The notes under the pieces: generated by a model
The model's database searches: none
What the model was told of the DNA's origin: nothing
What the model saw: the letters and a program-made list of their open reading frames with translations, nothing else
Assembly: GCA_965237415.1 (NCBI GenBank)
Contig: CBDEFM010000002.1
Coordinates: forward strand, 512,001-576,000
DNA from: Alphaproteobacteria bacterium
Lineage (GTDB): Bacteria; Pseudomonadota; Alphaproteobacteria; UBA828
Length of the DNA stretch: 64,000 bases
Direction of reading: 5' to 3'
In this document: piece by piece, positions 29,173 to 38,615 of the stretch
Numbering within the stretch: the stretch's first letter is position 1
Layout of the letters: every line of letters starts with the position of its first letter
Program-made: the position numbers and the translations under genes

Positions 29173-30915
29173 TCAGTGGCCGAGCGCAACCCCTTCGCGG
29201 CGGGGGTCGGCGCCACCCTCGAGCTGGCCGCCCACACGGCGGATGGCGTGCAGGCCGCTCACCAGCGGCCGGATGCGCACCTCGTGCCCCAGCGCCTCCA
29301 GGGAAGGGGCAAGTTGTTCGAGCGCGGTGTTTGCCTCCAGCTCGGTCGCACCGTTCCGGTTGACGTGCCGAGGCAGGCTGAGCGCCGCCTGAGCGTCGAG
29401 CCCCCAATCGATGAGGGCGATGACCGATTGCGCGACAAAACCGATGATGCGCGAGCCGCCGGGGGAGCCGAGCGTCGCGACGAGATTGCCGTTTGCATCG
29501 AAGATCAGCGTCGGCGTCATGGATGAGCGGGGCCGCTTGCCCGGTTGCACCCGATTCGCGACCGCACCGTTTGCATCCTCGGGCGCGAAGGAGAAGTCGG
29601 TGAGCTGATTGTTCAGGATGAATCCCGCAACCATGAGTCGCGAGCCGAATGCGCGCTCGACGCTGGTGGTGAATGAGACGGCGTTGCCGCGCGAATCGAC
29701 GACCGAGAGATGGCTCGTGGAGGCGAGTTCCGGCGACGCGCTATCGGCGCGATCCAGCTCCTCGGAGCCCGGCGGCACGCCCGGCACGGCCTCGCGCATT
29801 GCACGGTTGGGGCCGATCAAGAGAGCCCGCTGGCCCAAATAATTCGGGTCCAGCAGCCCGTCGATCGGAACCGGCACGAAATCCGCGTCCGCCAGGTAGC
29901 GATTGCGGTCGGCGAAGGCGAGGCGGCTCGCCTCGCTGATGAGGTGGACAGCTTCCGCGGAATTGGGGGCGACAGAGGCGAGGTCGAAACGCTCCAGCAA
30001 ACCGAGGATCTGCAGCATCGTCACGCCGCCCGAGCTCGGCGGCCCCATGCTGCAAACCCGGTGGCGCCGGTAGTCGAGACACACGGGCGGCCGTACATGG
30101 GCGCGGTAAGAGGCGAGATCGGCGCGCGCAAGAGATCCCGGATTCACGGGATCGTCCTGCACGGCGGCGACGATCGCAGCTGCGATCTGTCCCTCGTGGA
30201 GAGCGTCCGCGCCGTCGCGCGCGATGGCCCTCATCGTCTCGGCGTAGCCCCGATTTATTAGTATTTCGCCCGCGCGTTTCGGGCTCCCGTTCGGGTGAAA
30301 GAAGTAGGCTCGGGCGGTAGGGAAGCGCGCAAGGCCGAGGTTCTCCTCGATCATATGCGCAAGCCGCGGCGAAATGCCGAAGCCACGCTCGGCGATTGTC
30401 GCAGCGGGCTCGAAGAGCCGTGCCCAAGGCATGCGGCCATGGGCGCGGTGCGCACGTTCAAGCATCGGGACGACGCCTGGCACTCCGACCGGAAGGCCGC
30501 CGACAGCGACCGCCTGCCAAGGGCGCGGTGTGCCGTTCGCATCCAGAAAAAGCCGTTCATCGGCGGCGGCCGGTGCAGTCTCGCGCCCGTCATAGGTCTC
30601 TACGACCCCTCGCGCCGCATCGTAGTAGAGCAGAAAGCCGCCGCCGCCGACGCCGGAGGACTGCGGCTCGACGAGGCCCAGCACCATTTGCGTCGCGATT
30701 GCCGCATCGATGGCGCCGCCGCCTGCTTCGAGGATGCGGGCGCCCGCCTCTGCGGCAGCAGGGTGAGCCGCCGCGATCATCGCGTGCTCCGCGCGGACCG
30801 GGGTGTCGTCCGCGCCGGCACCGACGGACATCGATAGAGACAACAGCGCAAGAAGAAGCAGCGCCGCGACTCGCGCGCGCAACCCGAACCATTGCCCGAC
30901 TGGATTCGCCCGCAT
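29173..30915 (-). CDS. ggt: Gamma-glutamyltransferase
   Basis: EPQSSGVGGG, DGRETAP, TSH nucleophile, LNNQLTDF, PRSSMTP, GSPGG, ADPRREG. Confidence 0.95.
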   Translation of the reverse strand: MRANPVGQWFGLRARVAALLLLALLSLSMSVGAGADDTPVRAEHAMIAAAHPAAAEAGARILEAGGGAIDAAIATQMVLGLVEPQSSGVGGGGFLLYYDAARGVVETYDGRETAPAAADERLFLDANGTPRPWQAVAVGGLPVGVPGVVPMLERAHRAHGRMPWARLFEPAATIAERGFGISPRLAHMIEENLGLARFPTARAYFFHPNGSPKRAGEILINRGYAETMRAIARDGADALHEGQIAAAIVAAVQDDPVNPGSLARADLASYRAHVRPPVCLDYRRHRVCSMGPPSSGGVTMLQILGLLERFDLASVAPNSAEAVHLISEASRLAFADRNRYLADADFVPVPIDGLLDPNYLGQRALLIGPNRAMREAVPGVPPGSEELDRADSASPELASTSHLSVVDSRGNAVSFTTSVERAFGSRLMVAGFILNNQLTDFSFAPEDANGAVANRVQPGKRPRSSMTPTLIFDANGNLVATLGSPGGSRIIGFVAQSVIALIDWGLDAQAALSLPRHVNRNGATELEANTALEQLAPSLEALGHEVRIRPLVSGLHAIRRVGGQLEGGADPRREGVALGH

Positions 30916-30928
30916 GACCGACCTTCGC

Positions 30929-30957
30929 TTGACGTGGCACCGGGGCTTCACTAAGTG
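30929..30957 (+). promoter_or_regulatory. Putative sigma70 promoter of the tRNA
   Basis: TTGACG-N17-TAAGTG just upstream of the tRNA; the -10 is weak. Confidence 0.4.
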
Positions 30958-30968
30958 AAGCCGGCAGC

Positions 30969-31046
<78 letters not shown>

Positions 31047-31293
31047 ACTCTTGCCCCGGGTTTGCAGTGCTTCTGGCGGCGTAGCCCTCGGGCCGATCCC
31101 ATGACAGCAAGAACGTGTGCTTGCCAAGCGAGGGCAGGTATAGCAGCGTGTCGCATCGGCCGTTGGCACATCCGCGCCTCGGATTCGAGCGGAGGGCGCC
31201 GGACTGGCCACGGCGCTGGAGGCTGCGCGGGAACGGCTGCGGCCAACGCGACGGTACCGCCCGCAAGGCCTCCTATCGAGCGAGGACCGAAGA

Positions 31294-31716
31294 GTGGGCG
31301 CGAACCTTACCCTCAATATGGAAGCGAGGTTCGACGAGATCGACCGCATTCACGCGGCGGTCGAAATATTGGCGGCGGCCGAGGGCTGGGAGCCCGATCT
31401 TGTGTTTCAGATCAAGCTCGTGGTCGAGGAAATCGGCACCAACATCGTGAAGTACGGATACGATGACGAGGGAGACTCGGATATTCGGATCACGCTGACC
31501 TCGGAAAGCGACGCCCTCACCATGGAAATCGTCGACGGCGGCAAGCCGTTCGATCCGTTCGCCGAGGCGCCGCCGCCCGACCTCGACTCGCCGATCCCGG
31601 ATCGCCCCATCGGCGGGCTCGGTGTCTATCTCGTGCAAAAGCTGATGGACGAGTCCCAATACCGGCGCGAGAACGGCAAGAACAAGGTGACCCTGATCAA
31701 GCGTCGGAAGCCATGA
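31294..31716 (+). CDS. Anti-sigma factor / Ser kinase (RsbW-like HATPase_c_2)
   Basis: EEIGTNIVKYG, IVDGGKPFDP, IGGLGVYLV. Confidence 0.88.
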   Translation: MGANLTLNMEARFDEIDRIHAAVEILAAAEGWEPDLVFQIKLVVEEIGTNIVKYGYDDEGDSDIRITLTSESDALTMEIVDGGKPFDPFAEAPPPDLDSPIPDRPIGGLGVYLVQKLMDESQYRRENGKNKVTLIKRRKP

Positions 31717-31818
31717 CGCGCTGGCGTTCCGCTCTCGCTGCCCCGCTGATCGCGGCTGCTGCCGTGCTTGCGCCATCCTGTTGAGCCGGCGCTGAGGGAC
31801 GGCGCGCGGTCCTCACCG

Positions 31819-32982
31819 ATGGACGGCATGGCGATGCTCTGGAGCGGCCTCGCTGCGGCAGGCGCCGCCATTTGGCTCTGCATCCTCGTGCTTCCCTGGC
31901 AGCCCTGGCGCGTGCGGGAACGGCTGGAGCCGGAGATCGCGAACGATGTAACGGAGTTCGGCCTCGAAGACGTGACGGTCCTCATCCCGGCCCGCGACGA
32001 GGCGGCAGTCATTGGCGATACGATCGCGGCGCTTGGACATCAAGGGCGGGGCCTGCGGATTGTCTTGGTCGACGACCGCTCCGGCGACGACACGGCGGAG
32101 GTTGCGCAGCGGGCTGCGTCTGCCTCTCTGATTTTCGAAGTCTGCCGCGGCGCTCCGCTTGCGGATGGATGGACCGGCAAGCTGTGGGCTCTTGAGCAAG
32201 GTCGGCGGCGGATCGAGACGCCGCTCACACTGTTGCTCGATGCCGATATCACGCTCCGGCCGGGGATGATCCGTGCGCTACTCGCCAAGAAGGAAGAGAG
32301 CGGCGCGGCGCTCGTCTCGGTGATGGCGGCGCTCAGGATGCAGGGAGGATGGGAAAGGCTCCTGCTCCCAGCCTTCATCTTCTTCTTCCGCCTGCTCTAC
32401 CCGTTCCATCTGGCGAACAAGCCGGGCCGATGGGTTGCCGCCGCTGCCGGCGGCTGTGTCCTGGTGGAGACCCCGGTGCTCGCCACAATCGGTGGCTTCG
32501 GTGCGATCCGGGGGGCGCTCATCGACGATTGCGCGCTGGCGCGGGCGGTCAAGGATGCGGGATTCCGGACCTGGGTCGGCGTGACCGGTGGGGCAGAGAG
32601 CCATCGCGCCTATCCGACCCTCGGGGTGGTGTGGCAAATGGTTGCCCGCACCGCCTACACCCAGCTCCGCTATTCGCCGGCGCTGTTGCTCCTATGCACG
32701 CTGCTCATGGCGCTTTCGTTCTGGGCGCCGATTGCGGGCCTCGCCGGGCCTCTCGCGGCCCAGGTCGCCGCAGCTGTCGGACTCGTCGCCATGGCGGTCT
32801 GCTATCTGCCGACCCTCCTCTATTACCGTCTCTCGCCCGGCTGGACACTCACGATGCCGCTCATCGGTACGCTGTTCCTTGCCATGACCTGGCACTCGGC
32901 ACTCCGCGACTGGGGTGGCAAGCGGAGCGAGTGGAAGGGCCGTGTCTACGGGCGGGAATCGGAAGACCGCCGGGCGACGTGA
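31819..32982 (+). CDS. hpnB: Hopene-associated GT2 glycosyltransferase HpnB-like
   Basis: PARDEA, VDDRS.D.T, GWTGKLWAL, AAAGGC, ALIDDC, MVARTAYTQL, WKGR. Confidence 0.8.
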   Translation: MDGMAMLWSGLAAAGAAIWLCILVLPWQPWRVRERLEPEIANDVTEFGLEDVTVLIPARDEAAVIGDTIAALGHQGRGLRIVLVDDRSGDDTAEVAQRAASASLIFEVCRGAPLADGWTGKLWALEQGRRRIETPLTLLLDADITLRPGMIRALLAKKEESGAALVSVMAALRMQGGWERLLLPAFIFFFRLLYPFHLANKPGRWVAAAAGGCVLVETPVLATIGGFGAIRGALIDDCALARAVKDAGFRTWVGVTGGAESHRAYPTLGVVWQMVARTAYTQLRYSPALLLLCTLLMALSFWAPIAGLAGPLAAQVAAAVGLVAMAVCYLPTLLYYRLSPGWTLTMPLIGTLFLAMTWHSALRDWGGKRSEWKGRVYGRESEDRRAT

Positions 32983-33043
32983 GGGGTAGCGAGCGGCTCT
33001 CGCCTTGCTTGACGCGCGCAGGGCGGCGTGTCAGCACGGGCTC

Positions 33044-33385
33044 ATGTCGCAACGAACTGAGCAGCAACCGAGCGCGGGGTGCCGCCTCGTGCGTCTAGCC
33101 GAGACCGACCGGCCCGGAGTCACGATCTTTCACGGTGAGCGAACGCTTGACGCGCTCACCGGCGACACGCTGTTGACCGCGCTTCTCTGCAACGGCGTCG
33201 CGCTTCGCCGAAACGAGTTCGACGGCGACCTGCGGGCGGGATTTTGCAACATGGGCGCGTGTCAGGACTGCTGGGTCGTGCTCGAGGACGGGAGCCGCAC
33301 GCGCGCGTGCACGACAGAGATATGGGACGGCATGCGCGTGCGCGCGCCGGACGACGAGCCGCGCACGCCGGGTACCATCTCGTGA
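33044..33385 (+). CDS. (2Fe-2S)-binding subunit (HcnA / opine dehydrogenase-associated)
   Basis: FCNMGACQDC...RAC motif. Confidence 0.88.
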   Translation: MSQRTEQQPSAGCRLVRLAETDRPGVTIFHGERTLDALTGDTLLTALLCNGVALRRNEFDGDLRAGFCNMGACQDCWVVLEDGSRTRACTTEIWDGMRVRAPDDEPRTPGTIS

Positions 33386-34785
33386 GCGGAGACAAACCCA
33401 CGGTGCTGATCGTCGGCGCTGGCCCGGCGGGAACGCGGGCGGCCGAGACGCTCGTCGGCCACGACGTTGCGCCGATTGTGGTCGACGAAGGCGCGCGCAG
33501 CGGCGGCCAGATCTATCGCCGGCCGCCCGCGGGATTCAGACGGCCGGCCGCCGCGCTCTACGGCTTCGAGGCGCGCAAGGCCCAGGCGGTGCACGCGGCC
33601 CTCGACGCCATGCAGGAGCGCATCGACTATCGCCCCAACACCCTGATCTGGAACATCGAGGCGGGCATCGCCCACGCGCTCGGCCCCGCCGGAATCGAGC
33701 GAATCGAGTTCGAGGCGATCATCCTGGCCACCGGCGCGATGGATCGGGTCATCCCGTTTCCGGGCTGGACACTCCCCGGCGTGTTCACCATGGGCGGATC
33801 TCAGGTCGCGTTGAAGGCGCAGGGCTGCGCCATCGGCGACCCAGTCGTCTTCATGGGCACCGGGCCGCTGCTCTATCTCGTTGCCTATCAGTATGCCCAT
33901 GCGGGCGCGCGGGTGGCGGCGGTGCTGGATACGTCCCGTGCAGGCCAGGCGATCCCGGTGCTTCCCGGCCTGCTGTGGGGCGGGCGGACCTTCGCCAAGG
34001 GCATCTGGTACATGACCTGGCTCAGGGCAGCCAGAATACCGGTGCGCGCGGGTATCACGCCGGTCGCTGCCGAGGGAGAGTCGGCCCTTGAGGCCGTGCG
34101 CTATCGAGACCGCCGCGGACACGAGCACCGCATCGCCTGCACCGGCCTGGGTATCGGCTACAGCGTCAAGTCCGAGGTGCAACTTGCCGAGCTCGCCGGC
34201 TGCGAGATGGCGTTCGATTCGCTCGCACAGCAATGGCTGCCGCAGACCAATGACGACGGCCGCGCGCTCAAGGGCTCCGTCTATCTCGCGGGCGACGGGG
34301 CCGGTGTTGCCGGTGCCGACGCGGCAGAGCTGCGCGGCCGTCTCGCGGCTCTCGCCTTGCTCGCCGACAACGGCATCGCGACGGAACAAGCGCTTCAGGC
34401 GAGGCTGCGGGCGAAGCTCCGGCGCATCATGCGCTTCCGCAACGCGCTGGAGCGGGCCCTTCCGGCTCCCTTCCACCTGGCACGGTCGCTCCCCGACGAG
34501 ACCGTCATCTGCCGCTGCGAGGCGATCACCGCCGGCGAAATCCGTCAGGGCCGAGCCCTCGCGCCGACGGAGATGAATCGGGCGAAGGCGTTCACGCGTA
34601 TCGGCATGGGACGCTGCCAGGGCCGCGTGTGCGGCCCCGCCGCTGCCCAGATCCTCGCCGCCGCGCGCGGCTGCGACGTGGCGGAGGTGGGTCGCCTGCG
34701 CGGTCAGGCCCCGGTCAAGCCGCTTTCCATTCGCGCAGGCGCCGAAGCCGCGGTCGAGGACCGCTCAAGGGCGGCCTCGATATGA
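33382..34785 (+). CDS. FAD/NAD(P)-binding oxidoreductase with BFD-like Fe-S domain (OoxA/HcnB-like)
   Basis: GAGPAG, GGQIYR, ICRCE, GMGRCQGRVC; GTGA overlap. Confidence 0.88.
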   Translation: MSGDKPTVLIVGAGPAGTRAAETLVGHDVAPIVVDEGARSGGQIYRRPPAGFRRPAAALYGFEARKAQAVHAALDAMQERIDYRPNTLIWNIEAGIAHALGPAGIERIEFEAIILATGAMDRVIPFPGWTLPGVFTMGGSQVALKAQGCAIGDPVVFMGTGPLLYLVAYQYAHAGARVAAVLDTSRAGQAIPVLPGLLWGGRTFAKGIWYMTWLRAARIPVRAGITPVAAEGESALEAVRYRDRRGHEHRIACTGLGIGYSVKSEVQLAELAGCEMAFDSLAQQWLPQTNDDGRALKGSVYLAGDGAGVAGADAAELRGRLAALALLADNGIATEQALQARLRAKLRRIMRFRNALERALPAPFHLARSLPDETVICRCEAITAGEIRQGRALAPTEMNRAKAFTRIGMGRCQGRVCGPAAAQILAAARGCDVAEVGRLRGQAPVKPLSIRAGAEAAVEDRSRAASI

Positions 34786-35915
34786 GCGATCTGCGGGCCG
34801 ATGTGGTCATCGTCGGCGGCGGCCTGGTCGGATGCGCCGCGGCGCTACACCTGCGCGAACGCGGCGCGAGCGTCGCGGTGGTTGAGAAAAACCAGCTCGG
34901 AGCGGCGGCGAGCGGCGTCAATTTCGGCGGAGTCCGGCGCAACGGGCGCAAGCTCGCGGAGCTCGGCATTGCCACCCGCGCGCTCGCGATCTGGAAGCGC
35001 CTGCCTGAGCTGGTCGGCAGCGACTGCGAGTACGAAATTACGGGCAACATCAAGGTCGCGCGCAGCGACGAGGATTTGAACCAGATCGCGGTCCACGCAG
35101 AGGCCCAGGCCAAATACGGGGTCGAGGTTCAGATGCTGGGCCGCAACACACTGTTCGACCGTTACCCGTGGCTCGGCCCGAGCGCCGTGGGCGCTGCTTA
35201 TTGCGCAAGCGACGGGCAGGCCAACCCGCGCCTCGTCGGCCCCGCCTTCGCGCGCGCTGCGCGGGCGGCGGGTGCCACCTTGATCGAGCACGACGGCGCG
35301 CAGCATGTCGAGCGCGACGGCAGCGGATTCGTCGTCGAGACCGAGACCGGCCGCACGCTGCGCGGGGGCACGCTCATCAACAGTTCCGGCGCCTGGGGTG
35401 GCCGGCTTGCAGCAAAGTTCGGCGAGCGAGTCGAGATCTGGCCGATGGAGCCGCAGATGGTCGTCACCGAGCCCGCGCCCTATTTCATGGAGCCCGTGCT
35501 CGCCGTGATGGGCGGCGACGTCTATGCACGCCAGATTCCGCGCGGCAATGTCATCTTCGGCGGGCGCAGCGACACCGCCGACCTCGATGTCGGCTTCGGC
35601 AAGGTCAATGCCGAGGAGAGCCTGACCACGCTGGCGCGAACGGTGGAGATCATTCCCCGCATCGCCGATCTTGCCGTGATCCGCTTCTGGAGCGGGGTGG
35701 AGGGCTGCACCGAGGACCATCTGCCGGTGCTCTGCCCGAGCCGGACAACGCCCGGCCTTGTCCACGCCTTCGGCTTCAGCGGCCACGGCTTTTGCCTGGG
35801 CCCCTCCTCGGGCGCGGTGGCGGCAGAGCTCGCTCTCGACGGCCGCACTGAGACGCCGATCGAGGGCTTCGATATCGGCCGCTTCACCGAAGCGCAGCCG
35901 GCGCCGACGCCGTAA
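34782..35915 (+). CDS. DAO-family FAD oxidoreductase (OoxB/HcnC-like)
   Basis: GGGLVG, ASGVNFG, FSGHGF; ATGA overlap. Confidence 0.88.
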   Translation: MSDLRADVVIVGGGLVGCAAALHLRERGASVAVVEKNQLGAAASGVNFGGVRRNGRKLAELGIATRALAIWKRLPELVGSDCEYEITGNIKVARSDEDLNQIAVHAEAQAKYGVEVQMLGRNTLFDRYPWLGPSAVGAAYCASDGQANPRLVGPAFARAARAAGATLIEHDGAQHVERDGSGFVVETETGRTLRGGTLINSSGAWGGRLAAKFGERVEIWPMEPQMVVTEPAPYFMEPVLAVMGGDVYARQIPRGNVIFGGRSDTADLDVGFGKVNAEESLTTLARTVEIIPRIADLAVIRFWSGVEGCTEDHLPVLCPSRTTPGLVHAFGFSGHGFCLGPSSGAVAAELALDGRTETPIEGFDIGRFTEAQPAPTP

Positions 35916-35920
35916 CGCTT

Positions 35921-37111
35921 CTACTGCTGGCTCGCCTCCAGGCGATCGCCGAGCGCCGCCATTGCATCGCCGTCGATGTTGGCGAGGGCGAAGCGCAGAT
36001 AGTTCTCTTGCTCCGGGCCGAAGGCGCTGCCAGGCAGGCAGAGCACGTTCTCCTCCAGCACGAGCTTGTGGGCGACATCGACGGCAGATGTGCCGGCGAA
36101 GGGATGGCGCACATAGGCGAAGAAGGCGCCGGCGGAGATCAGCTCGTAGGCCAGGCTCTCGCGCTCGAACATCGCGCGGAAACGGGCGACGCGCTCCAGC
36201 ACGAGGCGCCGCTTCTCGGCACGGAAGTTCGCGAGATTGCGAAGGCCGTAGAGTGCCGCCTCCTGGGCGATGGCGGGCGCGCAGATCGCGACGCAATCGG
36301 CAGCCTTGGCGACCTCGGCGAGCAGTCCGCCGCCCGCGGCCAGCGCACCGACCCGGTAGCCGGTGAGGCTGTAGACCTTGGAGAAGCTGTAGAGGTGGAC
36401 CAGCGTCTCGTCCCAGTCCGGGCGTGCGAACAGGCCGTGTGGCGGCCCATCGCCCGGCAGGAAGTCGCGATAGGTCTCGTCGAGCACCAGTGCCAGCCCG
36501 GCCTCCCGCGCCAGACGATGGAAGCCCTCGATGGTCTCCGGCGAGTAGATGGCGCCGGTGGGGTTGTTTGGTGTCACCAGCACGATGGTACGGGTGCGGG
36601 AAGTGATCCGCGCCGCGGCGTCTGCCGGGTCCGGCACGCCGCCGCGCTCGGGCCGGAAGGGGAGATAGACGGGCGAGATGCCCAGCATCTCCAGCCACAT
36701 CTGGTAGTTGAAGTAGGAGGGCGCGGCCAGGATCGTCTCGTCTCCCGGTCCCGCGAGCGCCATGAGCGCGAGGCAGAAGGCCTGGTTGCAGCCTGCCGTG
36801 ATCGCCACGTGATCGCGCGTTACCCGGCCCCGATAGGCGTCCGAAAGAGCGTCCGCCAGCGCACTACGCAGGTCGTCACGACCGACGATCGGGGTGTAGC
36901 GCGCCATCTCCGGTTGCCGCACCGCGCTCGCGAGATGGGCGGTGAGGGCGTCGGCCGGCGGGTAGGCCGGCACCGCCTGGGCGAGATCGAGCAGCGGCTT
37001 CTCCGGTGGAAAAACCCGTCCTCTCGTCAACGCCGCAATCTCGGCGATGGGCGGCGGGATGACGGCGTGGAGAGCCGGGTTGAGGCGATATGCCCCCGCG
37101 TGGCCCTCCAG
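35921..37111 (-). CDS. PLP-dependent aminotransferase class I/II
   Basis: PNNPTG, DETY, SFSKVYSLTGYRVG, LRFA. Start uncertain (CTG at 37111 assumed). Confidence 0.85.
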   Translation of the reverse strand: MEGHAGAYRLNPALHAVIPPPIAEIAALTRGRVFPPEKPLLDLAQAVPAYPPADALTAHLASAVRQPEMARYTPIVGRDDLRSALADALSDAYRGRVTRDHVAITAGCNQAFCLALMALAGPGDETILAAPSYFNYQMWLEMLGISPVYLPFRPERGGVPDPADAAARITSRTRTIVLVTPNNPTGAIYSPETIEGFHRLAREAGLALVLDETYRDFLPGDGPPHGLFARPDWDETLVHLYSFSKVYSLTGYRVGALAAGGGLLAEVAKAADCVAICAPAIAQEAALYGLRNLANFRAEKRRLVLERVARFRAMFERESLAYELISAGAFFAYVRHPFAGTSAVDVAHKLVLEENVLCLPGSAFGPEQENYLRFALANIDGDAMAALGDRLEASQQ

Positions 37112-37136
37112 CGTCTTTCCCGCCGTGCCCTGCCCG

Positions 37137-38498
37137 CTAATAGGCGTATTCCTCGAAGAGCGGTTCGATGCTGCCGCCCCAGCGGCCCTCGTAGGCCTCG
37201 AGCATGTCGTCGGCGGCGGTCCGCCCGCTCTCCGCGATCTGCCGCAGATAGGTGAGGTAGGAGCGCTCGTCGGAGTCGAGATTGCCGGCGACGGCGCGCC
37301 GCATGAGACCGCCGGCAGCGATCTCCACCGCGTCGCGGGCCACCTCCTGCACCGTCCGCCCGCCGACCGTGGCACGGAGCGCCTTCCGCGGCACGGCACC
37401 GAGCAACGCCGCAACATCGGCGGCCGTCCATGAGGCGACCAGCGCCTCGGCCTCGTTCAGCGCCGTCGAATCGTAGAGCAGGCCGACCCAGAGTGCCGGC
37501 AGGGCGCACACCTTGCCCCACGGGCCGCTGTCGGCGCCGCGCATCTCGATGAACGTCTTGAGCCGCACCTCGGGGAACACCGTGGTCAGATGGTCCTCCC
37601 AGTCCTTTAGCGTCGGCCGCTCGCCGGGAAGCTGGGGTAGGGCGCCTCGGAGGAAGTCGCGGAACGATTCGCCCGCCACGTCGATGTAGCCGCCGTCCCG
37701 CGCCACGAAATACATGGGCGCATCGAGCACGTAGTCGGCGTAGCGCTCGAATCCCATTCCGGGCTCGAAGACGAAGGCGAGCAGGCCGCAGCGATCGGGG
37801 TCGGTATCGGTCCAGACATGGCTGCGATAGCTGCGGAAGCCGCTGGGTTTGCCCTCGACGAAGGGCGAGTTGGCGAAGAGCGCGGTGGCCACCGGCTGTA
37901 AGGCCATGGCGACGCGCATCTTGCGGACCATGTCGGTTTCCGAGTCGAAATCCAGATTGACCTGCACGGTGCAGGTGCGGGTCATCATGTCGAGGCCGAG
38001 GCTGCCGCGCGTCGGCATGTAGCGGCGCATGATCGCGTAGCGGCCCTTGGGCATCCAGGGGATCGCCTCGCGCGGTGCATCGGGGCGGAATCCCACGCCG
38101 TAGAACCCGATCCCAAGCTCCTCGGAAATCGTCCGCACCTGATCCAAATGCGCGTGCACCTCGTCGCAGGTGCGGTGCAGGTTATGGAGCGGGGCGCCCG
38201 AGAGCTCGAGCTGGCCGCCCGGCTCCAGCGTCACCGACTGGCCGTCCTTGAGCAGGGCGATGGGGTTGCCGTTCTCCAGGTACGGGTCCCAGCCGTAGCG
38301 CTGAATTCCCTCCAGCAGCGCGCGGATTCCCGACGGCCCCTCGTAGGGGAGCGGCGCACGGTCCGCGAGGCGATGGCCGAATTTCTCGTGCTCCGTGCCG
38401 ATCCGCCACGCCTGGCGCGGCTTGCAGCCGGATTCGAGATAGGCGATCAGGTCGCGGCGGGTGAGCGCCTCGCCCTGCCTGGTGGCGCTATCGTTCAC
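37137..38498 (-). CDS. gshA: Glutamate--cysteine ligase (alphaproteobacterial/plant type)
   Basis: IGTEHEKF, LEPGGQLELSG, QVNLDF, FPEVRLK..EMRGAD; RBS before GTG. Confidence 0.95.
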   Translation of the reverse strand: MNDSATRQGEALTRRDLIAYLESGCKPRQAWRIGTEHEKFGHRLADRAPLPYEGPSGIRALLEGIQRYGWDPYLENGNPIALLKDGQSVTLEPGGQLELSGAPLHNLHRTCDEVHAHLDQVRTISEELGIGFYGVGFRPDAPREAIPWMPKGRYAIMRRYMPTRGSLGLDMMTRTCTVQVNLDFDSETDMVRKMRVAMALQPVATALFANSPFVEGKPSGFRSYRSHVWTDTDPDRCGLLAFVFEPGMGFERYADYVLDAPMYFVARDGGYIDVAGESFRDFLRGALPQLPGERPTLKDWEDHLTTVFPEVRLKTFIEMRGADSGPWGKVCALPALWVGLLYDSTALNEAEALVASWTAADVAALLGAVPRKALRATVGGRTVQEVARDAVEIAAGGLMRRAVAGNLDSDERSYLTYLRQIAESGRTAADDMLEAYEGRWGGSIEPLFEEYAY

Positions 38499-38615
38499 GC
38501 TCCCTCCCAGCGGTCGCGTCGAACCAGTGCGGGGTTTCCCCGATTCGAGCGACACTGTCCAGCATATCCCGTCGCTTGCCCGACATGACAGGCCTGCGTC
38601 CCGCGCAGCACGGCC

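Noticed and set aside
31819-32982. Hopanoid biosynthesis cluster
   Set aside because: Only an isolated hpnB-like gene; no shc or hpnCDE in the window, and the HpnA-like SDR 10 kb away is not specifically assignable.
33044-35915. Calling the cluster hcnABC (cyanide synthase)
   Set aside because: Same architecture as opine and D-hydroxyproline dehydrogenases; cannot be discriminated by eye.
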